From Pecten maximus (lineage: Eukaryota): a stretch of 64,000 nt of DNA. The notes below the pieces were generated by a model. It saw only the letters and a list, made by a program, of their open reading frames with translations. It was not told where the DNA came from and ran no database searches. Below are positions 1 to 13,299 of this stretch, piece after piece. The number at the start of each line of letters is the position of its first letter. Positions within the stretch are counted from its first letter, which is position 1. The DNA lies in assembly GCF_902652985.1 (NCBI RefSeq), contig NC_047022.1, positions 9,114,001 to 9,178,000 on the forward strand, written 5' to 3'. The translations under genes and the position numbers were made by a program.

Positions 1-1357
1 TTCGGAAATTATATAGGATCATTGTTAGCATATAATGATGTACACCTAGGTCATAGGATCACTATACCGGGATTACGTTTGAATACTGAGGAACAATGTT
101 CTGTCATTCCTTTATACATTAATGTTAAAGGAATAACACTAACTGGTAATACACTCGAATCTGAAAGGCCTTGGGTGGCGAGATATTTCAACAACTACAC
201 CGTAATGAATGAAGATGGCAGCGTTATGAGACATATAGTGGATGCACGAGATCTGTTATGTAAGACAAATGTTTCCGTTCGTAACCCGTTATATCTCCAG
301 GAGATGATTAACGTTGACAATGATTTACCCTGCTCAGCAGTCAAACTAGAGAATAGCGGAAACGAATCTGACAGTAAAGGCGAGACAAAGAACTCATTAC
401 TTTCTTACTTCCATCTTCAAGGAATTGTTATTTCCCAATTGGATGTTGTGTTCGCGAACGGAGACTATTTTTTGTGTATCGATACGTTTTTATCGAAATA
501 TCAACTGAATTATCAACAGTACGATATTATGGACAGCTACAGAAGTTATATCAACACAGCATGTGCGTCTATATCAATAATCTGCATGGTGTATTGTCTG
601 CTTCAGTATTGTGCCATTCCAATTTTCCGAGACGGAAAGTCCGACATGTTAATTGTCCTGATATTGTTCTTACTTCTTGCCCAAACATGCTTTTTCATTT
701 TTTCTCATTTTGAAATCCCAAGCTATGTTTGTGAGTGGGTTGGGCTAATTCATCATTTTACATGGTTATGTGCCATTGTTTTCATGTTTCTCTGTCCATA
801 TCGCTTAAATACTGAGATAAGAGATCTTCAAACCTACAGCAGATCGGGAAGAAGGATAACTACATTTAAATACATGTTAGTTGGTATTTCTTTACCTTTA
901 GTTGTCATTATTGGCATCAAAACTGCGAACTTACTTTTAGCACCTACAGAGAAATGGTATGGTGGACGTCTCTGCTTTATTTCACAAACATTCGTCATGT
1001 TATTTGGTTTCGTGGTCCCAGTATTTGTGATTTTGTGTGGAAACACCATTTTGTTGATTTTCATTATTCATTATATGACCTCTACATCTATTGCCGCCAA
1101 ATTCAAGCAGGTCTAACGTGATGGTATTCATCAAAATATCAACAATTATGGGGTTTAGTTGGATTATCGGCATTGTAGCGATTCTGTCTCAGTCCGATGT
1201 ACTTCTTTTAGTTTTCGAAGTCCTGTCTAATATGCAGGGAACTTTTATTACAATTTCTTTTTCGTGCTCAAGCCGTGTCAAGACATTTTACAAGGGCTGT
1301 TTTGAGCAGATGAAAAGGAAGTCTTCAGCAGAACATGCTACGCCTTGCACTAACTGA
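1..1357 (+). pseudogene. 3' exon of a family-B/adhesion-like (7tm_2) GPCR, copy 1; 5' part lies outside the window; +1 frameshift near 1100
   Basis: Near-identical to 6619-7980. ORFs 22-1116 and 1091-1357 together encode TM1-7. Copy 1 reads gccaaattc where copy 2 reads gccaattc (one extra A), which breaks the frame before TM6. It may be a true pseudogene or a homopolymer sequencing error. Confidence 0.75.
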
Positions 1358-2972
1358 ACTGTTTCGGGTGAGATGTGCTGAACATGTCGTCTCACATGTA
1401 TACGATATTTTCTTCGCATCGAGGAAGGTATAGCATATTGAAAGCTATCTCTACAACCCACTGCGAATTCCCAGAAATATTGAGATGCATTCAAGTATGT
1501 CACTTCCTCTGACGTAATCACACTTGTGTGATACAATCATTTGTGGTCATAATGTTTAGACACTGCTGATGGATTTTAGTCATGTAACATACATACCACA
1601 TTTTTAATTCATTTCAATAATGACAAAATTTCATTCTATTGAACCGCACCTCTTTTTCTGTGTTCTGACGATATTTTGGCATTTTACATTTTTTTTTTGT
1701 CCATATTTTAATTGATGATTATACTTTTACATCATTGAAGATATTTTAATCATTATCTTGTGTCTGGTGAAGATTACAAGAAGTTCTATTATTCGCTGAT
1801 AACTGGTAAAATCAAACGGTCAGGAAAACACATAGTAAGATATTCCAATTGATGGTAAGCTGAGCAATTTTTATGAATCTTGAACCATTGGTCAGTTATA
1901 CTTTCAAATTATTAGTGTGTATATTCAAAAAAGTACTTGTGACACTCGTTTGATTTTGTTTTCATTTTACATTGCATATAGATATTAAAAAACTAAAATA
2001 CCTGCATGCCTTCAGTCTCAATTGTTTATGTATAGTTATTAATCCTTTTAATTGCATTTAGTAAACAGCGCCACCTTACGTGCGTTAGTAGAACAATGCC
2101 CAATTATTATGTTCGAACATCCGGATCTCTTTGATTTAATCATTCAGACAGGGTTACTATATGGGATGAGCTTTAAACACAGCAAAAACACAGATATCAC
2201 TAATTATTAAAGTCATAAAACAAAAAGTTCAAACAGATTTACCAACAGGGAGGTCAAACGGTCATATTCACGGGGAGGTCAAAGTGCAAAAGTCATAATA
2301 AAGCAGAGTAGATACATTGTAAATGTCTTGGTAGTTTTATCTTAGGACCGTACAGCGGAGATTGAGTTATGTAACGTAGTTCGTGTATATGACTAAAGGG
2401 ATGTAACTCTATTATGATATTTGACATTGAGAGCTCATATCAACGAACAATATCCTCGTACACAAACAGCTAAATAACTGACATCCTGGGATATGCTTAA
2501 GCAGACCACATGTCTACTTGACAAGAAAGCAGATGCAAAATACACTTTTATATGATAAGAGCTCCAAAGGTTTATTTATTCAATTTCATAGATATATATA
2601 TCTCATCTCATAGGACTTTGTAGATCATTAATATCTTGTTTCTTGTTGTCGTTAACTGGACAATGGCATCTTGGTCGCAGTTTATGTGTTATATATTTTC
2701 TTTGATATGCATATCCGATATTTACTGCTCACTTTATGACTGTCCCATATGGCTTCCTCAGCCAAAGCACGTGGATTATTCAAATAATAATTTACTGGAA
2801 GTTAATATAAATACGAGAAGGAAACATTTCTTTTCACTTACAACTACAAAAGTGATATCAACATACCTATACTATATTCGTTGCTCATGCTGCAGTGAAG
2901 ACCAATATCGTTCGTACCCAATTGAAAAGTAACATTAAGATAGCTTTGTAAATCTTAGGTTTTTTTTTGAAA

Positions 2973-5900
2973 ATGAGATTGTTATTGCTTTATTGCTTGT
3001 TTTGGATTATCTGCATGTCTATGACATTTTGTGTGTGTCAAGACACCGACTATTTTCTATATAATCTTGGCATTTGTCGGCGAACATTTCAATCGTGTGA
3101 AAGTGGATCAAAGAATATCTACTGTAGTTGTGACTGGATGTGTATTTACTATGATAACTGTTGTTATGATGCTGCAGCTATCAAAGGGGATCAGAAAGAA
3201 ATGAGTGAAGATGATCAACACCGACAATACCTTCAAATGACAACATGTGAACTAACAGCTTTCAGAAAAAAAGAGTTCCTAGGGCGGAAGGGGGCGTTTA
3301 TGATATCATCCTGCCCTTTGTCATGGGAGAATGGCATGGATACCAGGCAAGCCTCTGAACGGTATGAGGACGCTGATGTCCGCGACATATTGCCCGTTGT
3401 TGATATGAGCACTAATTTAACGTTTAAAAACCGTCATTATGCCGAATGTCACGGTGTCCAAAATTATATACCATGGCTATTAGAGATCAAATGTTTAACA
3501 GAAATGCTACCTCCATCACGTTCTTTTACTGCGGGAGTGATGACTAAACTCCACAGTGACCTTTGTAGTTACCGCTACACACCACCTAATCATGTTACAG
3601 TACATTACTGCTATCAGGAATTCGAGTACACGATAATATCAAACATTTCTGAAAGAGACCCCAACTCAACCTGTCGAAACCGAGTGTTTAGTCCAGTTGT
3701 GTTTGTGCAAGGGAGAGATAAGTACCGTTATTTCAGAACTTTGCAGTGTCTTATTGCTAATGAAGGCCCGAAGTATACGGATATTTTGAATAAGACTTTT
3801 TGTGATTTACTTTTATCCTCCCAAGATGAGTTGGGGACACCATTAACCCTGAGCAACCTCATTGATTTCTCCTCAGTCCTTCGAAAAAGAGTGATGAAAT
3901 GTAAAGACGACGAAATTCAATTATCTGCTGTCGAGGTAAGTATTTTGTATATTAGATGTGCTTCTATCAGTTATTTATGTACTGTGTAATGATTATATTG
4001 GTGTTTTATACATGTTTCAGTACATTGAAATCCACGTTGAACTTTGTAAAGAATATTCCTCACATTATGTTTCCCGTAGTTTAATTTTTCAGTTTGAAAT
4101 CCAAAACACGTTAAATAAATCCTACGCATCTGGTTTTTTAAAACATTATATCGTCTTTTCAAGCAAAACATTTGATTTTTCCACACTTTATACAGAGATT
4201 ATCAAATTAGTTAACACATTTTGCGTGTTTTCGTTTTCATTCTGTTTTCATTCCGTTTATGAAGTGTTTTCATTTATTTTATTTCAGATATAGACTTCGT
4301 TCCGTGTTAGTCATATACAGTTCTTCTATTGCCCTTACATTTCATTCAATTCCGACCATCCTCTGTGACGTTTGTTGGGTTTGATTTCTTTCATTTCGTT
4401 TCATGCCGTACGTTCTACAGTGAGGGCTTCTGATCTCGAACGTTGTTTACATAAAAGGCAGCGATGAGAGCCGAGTTGATTTGTTAAACTCTGCAGCTAA
4501 ATTTCTGTTATCAATATGCATGCTTTATATTTTGTCAAACATTTGATTCCATCATACTTTATCGATTTTAAATGTTGAAATACTAAGAATTTCTTGTAAT
4601 AGTGCGTTTTAGCGGAAACTTTGATAGTGGGTCTGACCTTTAACTGAGATTGACGATACGTTCGTTCCTTTTAAATATACAATAATGTACTTGAATTGCA
4701 CATCTGCACCAAGTTCCTCACATATAGAATAACTCGCACATTATATTGGATTATCAATATCACATAGAAGAAAACAAGACATGTAGCAAATACTATTACT
4801 TGAATAATCAATGATACAGATAATATAAGTCATACCAAAAATGTACATATCAATATAGTCGTAGGGCTTATTCGTCTGGATTTTGAACCTTGAGAAGACA
4901 GTTACCCTTATACACATCCAAGCATTAATTTATATCATTTAAATTAATATTAGATAACTATTTTCAATATCATAGTAATATAATGAAGTAGGAAGTGAAC
5001 TCACAATTATATATACAGATGTAGCAGAGTAAATATTAATAGATATGATGTGCAAATTAATAGTGTTAAGTTTAAGTCTCGTATCGTCCTTTTGCAGCCT
5101 CATACTAAACATCAACATCCCATATCAATGCTCCATTTTAAATATATGTAAGTCATGCTTGTTAGTTTATTACAGGCTCTCCCAGCCCATACAAATACAA
5201 GTGCACAGTGTCTTACATACAAATGCATTTTTTAAGGACAAATCATTATCATTATGTACATGCATCATAAAACAATAATGTTAAAGACACATGTCTGTCA
5301 AGTTCTAATGTATGGAAATATCGGTTACCCTCCGCTAGGGACATACATTGACATTGGTAGTGAAATGACGTTATTTCTCCAAGAATATAAAATGAAGAAA
5401 TGAAGTAAAATAAAAGCAGATGAAGTTATTCAAACGACCAGAACACTCCGCCAACACATATAGAGGATATCTAACAGTGTCTTCAGTAATACCAAATATA
5501 TTTCACGAGTGGGGCTAATATTTTGATATTTTTCACGAGTGCACAGCACGAGTGAAAAATATCAAAATATTAGCCCCACGAGTGAAATATATTTGGTTTT
5601 ACTGAAGACACTGTTAGATATTCTGTTTATTACATTTTTTATCAACAAAAACCCTACCCCGTATGCTAACTAGGACTACAGCGATAATTTGTAAACAAAA
5701 AAAGTAGTTTTCCCTGTCCAGGTGCTGACATATATGTCGGGCTTTCTGATTGGTCAATTATTTTGGTATTTTCTAATCATTAGTTTGATTGGTCAAATCA
5801 GCAAAAGTGATATTTTTCACTAGTGAAAAATATGATATTCTTCACTAGTGAAAAATATCACTTTTATAGAATGAATAATTTTTGATATTTCACTGGTAAA

Positions 5901-7980
5901 AATGTAATAAATATCTTTCTATGTTTTATTGATCTAAACTTCTCTGTGCCTCCAGTCTACACCAGTAAAGAATACGTAAAGTCACGTTGATACTTGTAAA
6001 TTAATATGTATCTCTTCATCTATATTTGAATCGCTTCATTCAATATACCAATATAAATTCCGAGAATGTCCCTAATTGATGGTTTCATTCTGACAAAAAG
6101 GGATCAGTGTGGCATGTGCAGGTCATATTCCATATGTATTGTGCACTGTATCTCGAAAAGTTTAAGGAATATGAGATACGAAATCTAATCAGCGCTTAGA
6201 GAATTACGCCGAGATGAAAGATTTCTTTTGTTTTGTTTTTTCGTGTAAAATGCGTTATATTAGTTTGTCTACTAAAATTTTTACTACAAACTACTGGATT
6301 TTTTCCTCTTTATTTCCGGGTACATTTCCACAAGAAACGCAATTAGAGAGACTTTTTTTTAAAATACGTACATGATAAGAATATATCACAAAACGTCATT
6401 TAAAACTATAATGATGTTCTTTTCATTTTCAACAGGATGACTGTCATCGTTTGTACTGCCCCGCCCATTCAGAACCAGTCGGTGGAGAATGTGTTGATAT
6501 ACAATATACAAGTGACGCCTTCATTCTAGATCTGCTGTTTGAAGCGAATATACATTTAAAAACTGGTAAAGCTATGCGTCAAATTTTTAACCGTGTATTA
6601 GGCAGCTTCGTGAAAGATTTCGGAAAGTATATAGGATCATTGTTAGCATATAATGATATACACCTAAGTCATAGGATCACTATACCGGGATTACTTTTGA
6701 ATACTGAGGAACAATGTTCTGTCATTCCTATATACATAAATGTCGAAGGAATAACACTAACTGGTAATACACTCGAATCTGAAAGGCCTTGGGTGGCGAG
6801 ATATTTCAACAACTACACCATAATGAATGAAGATGGCAGCGTTATGAGACATATAGTGGATGTACGAGATCTGTTATGTAAGACGAATGTTTCCGTTCGT
6901 AGCCCGTTATATCTCCAGGAGATGATTAACGTTGACAATGATTTACCCTGCTCAGCAGTCAAACTAGAGAATAGCGGAAACGAATCTGACAGTAAAGGCG
7001 AGACAAAGAACTCATTACTTTCTTACTTCCATCTTCAAGGAATTGTTATTTCCCAACTGGATGTTGTGTTCGCGAACGGAGACTATTTTTTGTGTATCGA
7101 TACGTTTTTATCGAAATATCAACTGAATTATCAACAGTACGATATTATGGACAGCTACAGAAGGTATATCAACACAGCATGTGCGTCTATATCAATAATC
7201 TGCATGGTGTATTGTCTGATTCAGTATTGTGCCATTCCAATTTTCCGAGACGGAAAGTCCGACATGTTAATTGTCCTGATATTGTTCTTACTTCTTGCCC
7301 AAACATGCTTCTTCATTTTTTCTCAGTCTCATCTTGAAATCCCAAGCTATGTTTGTGAGTGGGTTGGGCTAGTTCATCATTTTACATGGTTATGTGCATT
7401 TGTTTTCATGTTTCTCTGTCCATATCGCTTAAATACTGAGATAAGAGATCTTCGAACCTACAGCAGATCGGGAAGAAGGATGGCTACAGTAAAATACATG
7501 TTAGTTGGCATTTCTTTACCTTTAGTTGTCATTATCGGCATCAAAACTGCGAACTTACTTTTGGCACCTACAGAGAAATGGTATGGTGGACGTCTCTGTT
7601 TTATTTCACAAACATTCGTCATGCTATTTGGTTTCGTGGTCCCAGTATTTGTGATTTTGTGTGGAAACGTCATTTTGTTGATTTTCATTATTCATTATAT
7701 GACCTCTACATCTATTGCCGCCAATTCAAGCAGGTCTAACGTGATGGTATTCATCAAAATATCAACAGTCATGGGGTTTAGTTGGATTATCGGCATTGTG
7801 GCAACACTATCTCAGTCCGATGTACTTCTTTTAGTTTTCGAAGTCCTGTCTAATTTGCAGGGAGTTTTTATTACAATTTCTTTTTCGTGCTCAAGCCGTG
7901 TCAAGACATTTTACAAGGACTGTTTTCAGCAGATGAAAAGGAAGTCTTCAGCAGAACATGCTACGCCTTGCACTGACTGA
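2973..7980 (+). CDS. Somatomedin-B-domain adhesion/Methuselah-like 7TM receptor, copy 2; exons 2973-3935 and 6436-7980; ~835 aa
   Basis: Signal peptide MRLLLLYCLFWIIC and SMB-like motif C..CSCDWMCIYYDNCCYD. Donor GAG|gtaag at 3935/3936 and acceptor caacag|GAT at 6435/6436 are both phase 0, giving ...LSAVE-DDCHRLYCP.... Seven hydrophobic segments carry 7tm_2-type motifs (CEWVGLVHHFTWL, YGGRLCFIS, MGFSWIIG, SNLQGVFI). Stop TGA ends at 7980. Confidence 0.88.
5460..5910. mobile_element. Palindromic non-autonomous DNA element in the receptor intron
   Basis: ~155-bp near-perfect hairpin at 5467-5621 (atatctaacagtgtcttcagtaa...ttactgaagacactgttagatat) and a second palindrome at ~5803-5865 (aaaagtgatatttttcactagtgaa...ttcactagtgaaaaatatcactttt). 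Confidence 0.6.
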
Positions 7981-10684
7981 ACTGTTTCGGATGAGATGTG
8001 ATGAAGAACATGTCGTCTCACATGTATACGATATTTTCTTCGGATCGAGGAAGGTTTAGCATAATGAAAGCTATCTCTATAACCCACTGCAAATTCCCAG
8101 AAATATTGAGATGCATTCAAGTATGTTACTTCCTCTGACGTAATCAGACTTGTGTGATACAATCATTTGTGGTCATAATGTTTGGACACTGCTGGTGGAT
8201 TTTAGTCATGTAACATACATACCACATTTTTAATTCATTTCAATAATGACACATTTCATTCTATTGAACCGCACCTCTTTTTCTGTGTTCTGACGATATT
8301 TTGGCATTTAAATTTTTTTGTTGTCCATATTTTAATTTCTGATTATACTTTTACATCGTTGAAGATATTTTAATCATTATCTTGTGTCTGGTGAAGATTA
8401 CAAGAAGTTTTATTATTCGCTGATAACTGGTAAAATCAAACGGTCAGGAAAACACATAGTAAGATATTCCAATTGATGGTAAGCTGAGCAATTTTCTAAA
8501 CTGCAGACGACAGAATCACAATAGCAAAAAAGTATCGAGGTTGATATTTATGTTAGAAGAGAGTCACGAACAGTAAGATGGAAAACCATATACGTCAAGT
8601 GAAATGGACTAATGATATAATCTGAAACTTGAATGAGAATACGGATTTTGAAAAAAAAAAAATCTTTATATTAAATATGAAGGTCAATCGTGTAATGGTG
8701 TAAAACATTTTAATGGATGTCCAAAAAGTGATATGAAAGATGAAATCACCAGGTAGTGATGGCTTCACAGTGGCATTTTTTCAAAAGACTTCAATGCAGA
8801 TATGACCCTATCAATTAGAAAATAACTCTTTTTTCTTTATTTGGATTATTTGTACATGATTTTGTAAAAGGCAACTTAATTTAGCAAACAATATTCCTTT
8901 TTCTCTCTAGCACAGAACTGACGCTTGTGTATATGCCACCTAGCAAGTGGTAGGTGACTATTTATACCGTGTTATTCTTAGACGTTTCCAAAGTTTGATA
9001 CATTTGATTTGATCTTTATAACATCAAGAAATACATATATTATTCCCTTGGGTATAATGCTTTTCATATATTTTAAATTTTGTAGCAGAGTTCTTAAGAT
9101 AATACATGATCAAAGACATATTTTACGCATGCTTACTCACACATATGCTTTACTATAGACGTATTCACACCTGGACTTGATACCACAACTGCCTTAACAG
9201 ACATCACACCCCTATCAATACTTAGCAGCCATCAGCTATGTCAGTCGAAACAGGCCAGTTCCTCCCCACACGTGTGTGTACAATCTAATCCTAAGGGGTT
9301 AAGTCTACATGTTATTGTTACTTACTATGACTTACATTTTTCTGTTTTAAATGTAGTATTATTATCGTTACCCAAGCAAAATTATCAAAATGTATAATTT
9401 GAAATTGCTTTTCACCTAAACCAATCAATGAATAACATTTAATACTATTTCGATTGTTGTATTCTAAAGACGTAGATTTTCGGCCAAAATATTCTAATAA
9501 CTCAAACAACAAACACAACCACGTCAGCAGTACATCACATGTTTTGTATCAAGGGTATGTTATTTCTATTTAAGAAATCTGAAGCCCAGTTGTATTTTTG
9601 TAATACGTTCTATCATTGACCACCTTGTTATGATATAATACAGAATTGGTCTTTTGAATAGGAAGATCATATCGGTTAAATAAACTCGTTTGTTTATTTT
9701 CTGTTCGCTGACTACGTAGCATTTCATATCCAATGCTATTTGGTTTCAGATAAAGATACTTATACGATGAGTTGTTTATCTAAAAAGAAAAAGAGGAACA
9801 CCTCCCCCCCCCTCCCCCCCCCCCCCCCAAAAAAATAAATAAAAACCAACAAAACATTTTAGATAAAGTTACATTATTACCAAATATATAATATGTCATT
9901 TAGAAATATCTATATAACATAAGTGTGATACTGATAGCTGAGTTCAGTTTTACAATATGACCTGAGTTCGTGGACTATCAATATCTCATATTTCTATTTG
10001 AGTTCAACAGCTCCAGATATTATTGGTTATACCTGTAATAACGCGCTCAATACAGGAACATTTACAGCTATCGAGTTATTCGTCTAAAGCCATTCGATTG
10101 CAATAATTATACCCATTTTAACATTAATAGTTTAACATGAATTACTTTTTATTACCTTTCAGTACATAAAGAGGCAATTCCTTTTGATATTTTGATAGAA
10201 AATAGCAATATACAAAAACTAGCACATAATTTTTTCTAATTGTTATAATTCAATGAACTCGAGAGTTTCAGAGTCTCCTGTGTCCACATTAGATGTTATA
10301 CAAATCTTATTCTGAAATTCTATAAACACAGGAACCATAAAACATAATATAATGTTTTATGATACATATTGACCCGTTATAAAAATTATGAGTTTCGAAA
10401 GAGGAATAAGAACATTTGCGTTGACTGGCCATTTTTTGTCGAGCATTCTGTATTTTGTAATGTTCCGTAGAGGACGACTATGCCTGTACAATGACTGTGT
10501 TGTTTACCTCCTGTAAGTGGACATATTGCGATGTTAAGCTTGATACATTGATATATTGTATATATTTCATTGAGAATCGCCAATGTAAAAACACGACAGC
10601 CTCGGGACGTGTTGTATTCAGGCATTGTGCGATACATATTATTATTGTATACGGATATTGTGAGAAGTGTAATGTTGTATGCGG

Positions 10685-11240
10685 AAAATTTGTTATATAT
10701 ATTGATATTGTAAACGGATAATTTGTTATATATATATTGATATTGTAAACGGATAATTTGTTATATATATATTGATATTGTAAACGGATAATTTGTTATT
10801 TATATATTGATATTGTAAACGGATAATTTGTTATATATATTGATATTGTAAACGGATAATTTGTTATATATATTGATATTGTAAACGGAAAATTTGTTAT
10901 ATATATTGATATTGTAAACGGATAATTTGTTATATATATATTGATATTGTAAACGGATAATTTGTTATATATATATTGATATAGTAAACGGATAATTTGT
11001 TATATATATTGATATTGTAAACGGATAATTTGTTAAATATATATTGATATTGTAAACGGATAATTTGTTATATATATATTGATATTGTAAACGACTAATT
11101 TGTTATATATATTGATATGGTAAACGGATAATTTGTTAGATATATATTGATATTGTATACGGATATTTTGTTATATATATTGATATTGTATACGGATATT
11201 TTGTTATATATATTGATATTGTATACGGATATTTTGCTTT
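10685..11240. repeat. AT-rich minisatellite, ~33-37 bp unit (atttgttatatatattgatattgtaaacggata)
   Basis: About 15 tandem copies; unit length varies with the internal (TA)n. Confidence 0.95.
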
Positions 11241-12634
11241 ATATTGTATATATTGATGATATATTGATATCCTTACACGTATGTTAAACGATCTTTAGAC
11301 TATATGGTTTATTTTTGATATGATGTCAATGCATGAAATCCGAAGGTAGAGATGTAAATGAGAAGTTTTCACGACCTGTATATTTTATGAGATCCTCGTT
11401 ATCACGGCAACAGGCTATGGCCCTCAGGGACAAACAAGAGCCTTGTGAAGTTTTGTTGGATCGCTAGTTTAAGAGATACCAGTATATCTTATATAATTAA
11501 GCTTGTGGGAAATTATATGAAAAGGGACATCCATTTGTGGTGTGTGTGATATGCGCGTGGCAATGACTAGGGAGAACATTGTGTTGTGGTTATAATCTTT
11601 CAACATTTGTCTGTTCTTTTTCATGTTTACATAACTAATTGTATATTCCCTCCATGTTTGCTGTTGAATTGTGGTCATTCATATTTGCCTAGCATCGACC
11701 ATTATTAGTATTAGCCCTCTTACTTAATGTATTCTCTTAAATATTGTGTCATGAGTAAGAATGCATATTAATAGCAAAACGGATAATACCAACATTCAAG
11801 TACAACCGCAGATTTATGTTGTCATTGATAAAGGCATGACAAAGTAAGACCACGCTCTCCTGGAGAGTTAGCGTCATCTGCTGCATCAGCGACACCCGCC
11901 TTTTGTTCGATCCCAAAATAACCAACATAATACAATTAACGAAATGTAATGGGTACGACAAGTTGTCCATTTAACAATGGAAATACATACTGTATATCTA
12001 GAATTTTGTTTTGACTACCTATCTGGCTGCTGATATTGCCAACGGTCTGATTTCCATCAGTGGTAAACGAAATAGTGAATCTAAACTCTTAACACCTTAA
12101 AATTACACACAACTATACTGATAAACAAATGTGTCTCTATGTTATGATATTAAACTTCATCATTCAAGTCAGATTGGTGTCAGAAGATAATTTTATCGCC
12201 CTGCGTTATACGACTTGGTCCAGCAATCAGTGCTTAATGATAGGGTCAAACAGGGGTTGACAATAAAGTTGAATTTGTCTCCAACGCAAATATATTATTT
12301 ATATCCCCTAGGTCGTTTGCATGAATCCAATAGCATGTTTGTTCTGTAATATGATAGTATTGTTGTTTTGTGTTAAGTGTATGTTTATAGCAATTATGTG
12401 AACAGAAAAAAAACATTAAATATTGACATAAATTGAATATCTGCTATCACGCCATTCATATCATATGTTCAATGATATTGATCTGCGTTCTATAAATCAT
12501 CAATTTATTACCACAGTTAGATGTAAAATCACGATATATGATGCCGAGGGATGTTAGATCGCCAGGCAAAAACCTCTTTATTCTTGTAATAAATAAGTAT
12601 TAAAACCGACGATCTTATTGCAATTGATAAGTTA

Positions 12635-13278
12635 TATGAATCTGTGAACCATTGGTCAATCTATACTTTCAAATTATTAGTTGTTGTATATTTCTAAATA
12701 AAAAGTTACATTTGTGACACTCGTTTGATTTTTGTTTTCATTTTACATTGCATATAGATATTAAAAAAACTAAAATACCTGCATGCCTTCAGTCTCAATT
12801 GTTTATGTATAGTTATTAATCCTTTTAATTGCATTTAGTAAACAGCGCCACCTTGCGTGCGTTAGTAGAACAATGCCCAATTATTATGTTCGAACATCCG
12901 GATCTCTTTGATTTAATCATTCAGACAGGGTTACTATATGGGATGAGCTTTAAACACAGCAAAAACACAGATATCACTAATTATTAAAGTCATAAAACAA
13001 AAAGTTCAAACAGATTTACTAACAGGGAGGTCAAACGGTCATATTCACGGGGAGGTCAAAGTGCAAAAGTCATAATAAAGCAGAGTAGATACATTGTAAA
13101 TGTCTTGGTAGTTTTATCTTAGGACCGTACAGCGGAGATGGAGTTATGTAACGTAGTTTGTGTATATGACTAAAGGGATGTAACTCTATTATGATATTTG
13201 ACATTGAGAGCTCATATCAACGAACACTATCCTCGTACACAAACAGCTAAATAACTGACATCCTGGGATATGCTTAAG
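12635..13278 (+). repeat. Second copy of 1873-2501 (region upstream of the receptor gene), cut off at 13278
   Basis: atgaatct..tgaaccattggtca...acatcctgggatatgcttaag is shared almost base for base with 1873-2501. Confidence 0.9.
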
Positions 13279-13299
13279 TGTTTATAACACATGGTGTAA

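Larger units (their letters stand above)
1..8495 (+). repeat. Tandem segmental duplication: 1-~1870 matches 6619-~8495 (receptor exon, 3'UTR and flank)
   Basis: Alignment by eye continues past the stop codon through the 3'UTR to ...aattgatggtaagctgagcaatttt in both copies. Confidence 0.92.
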
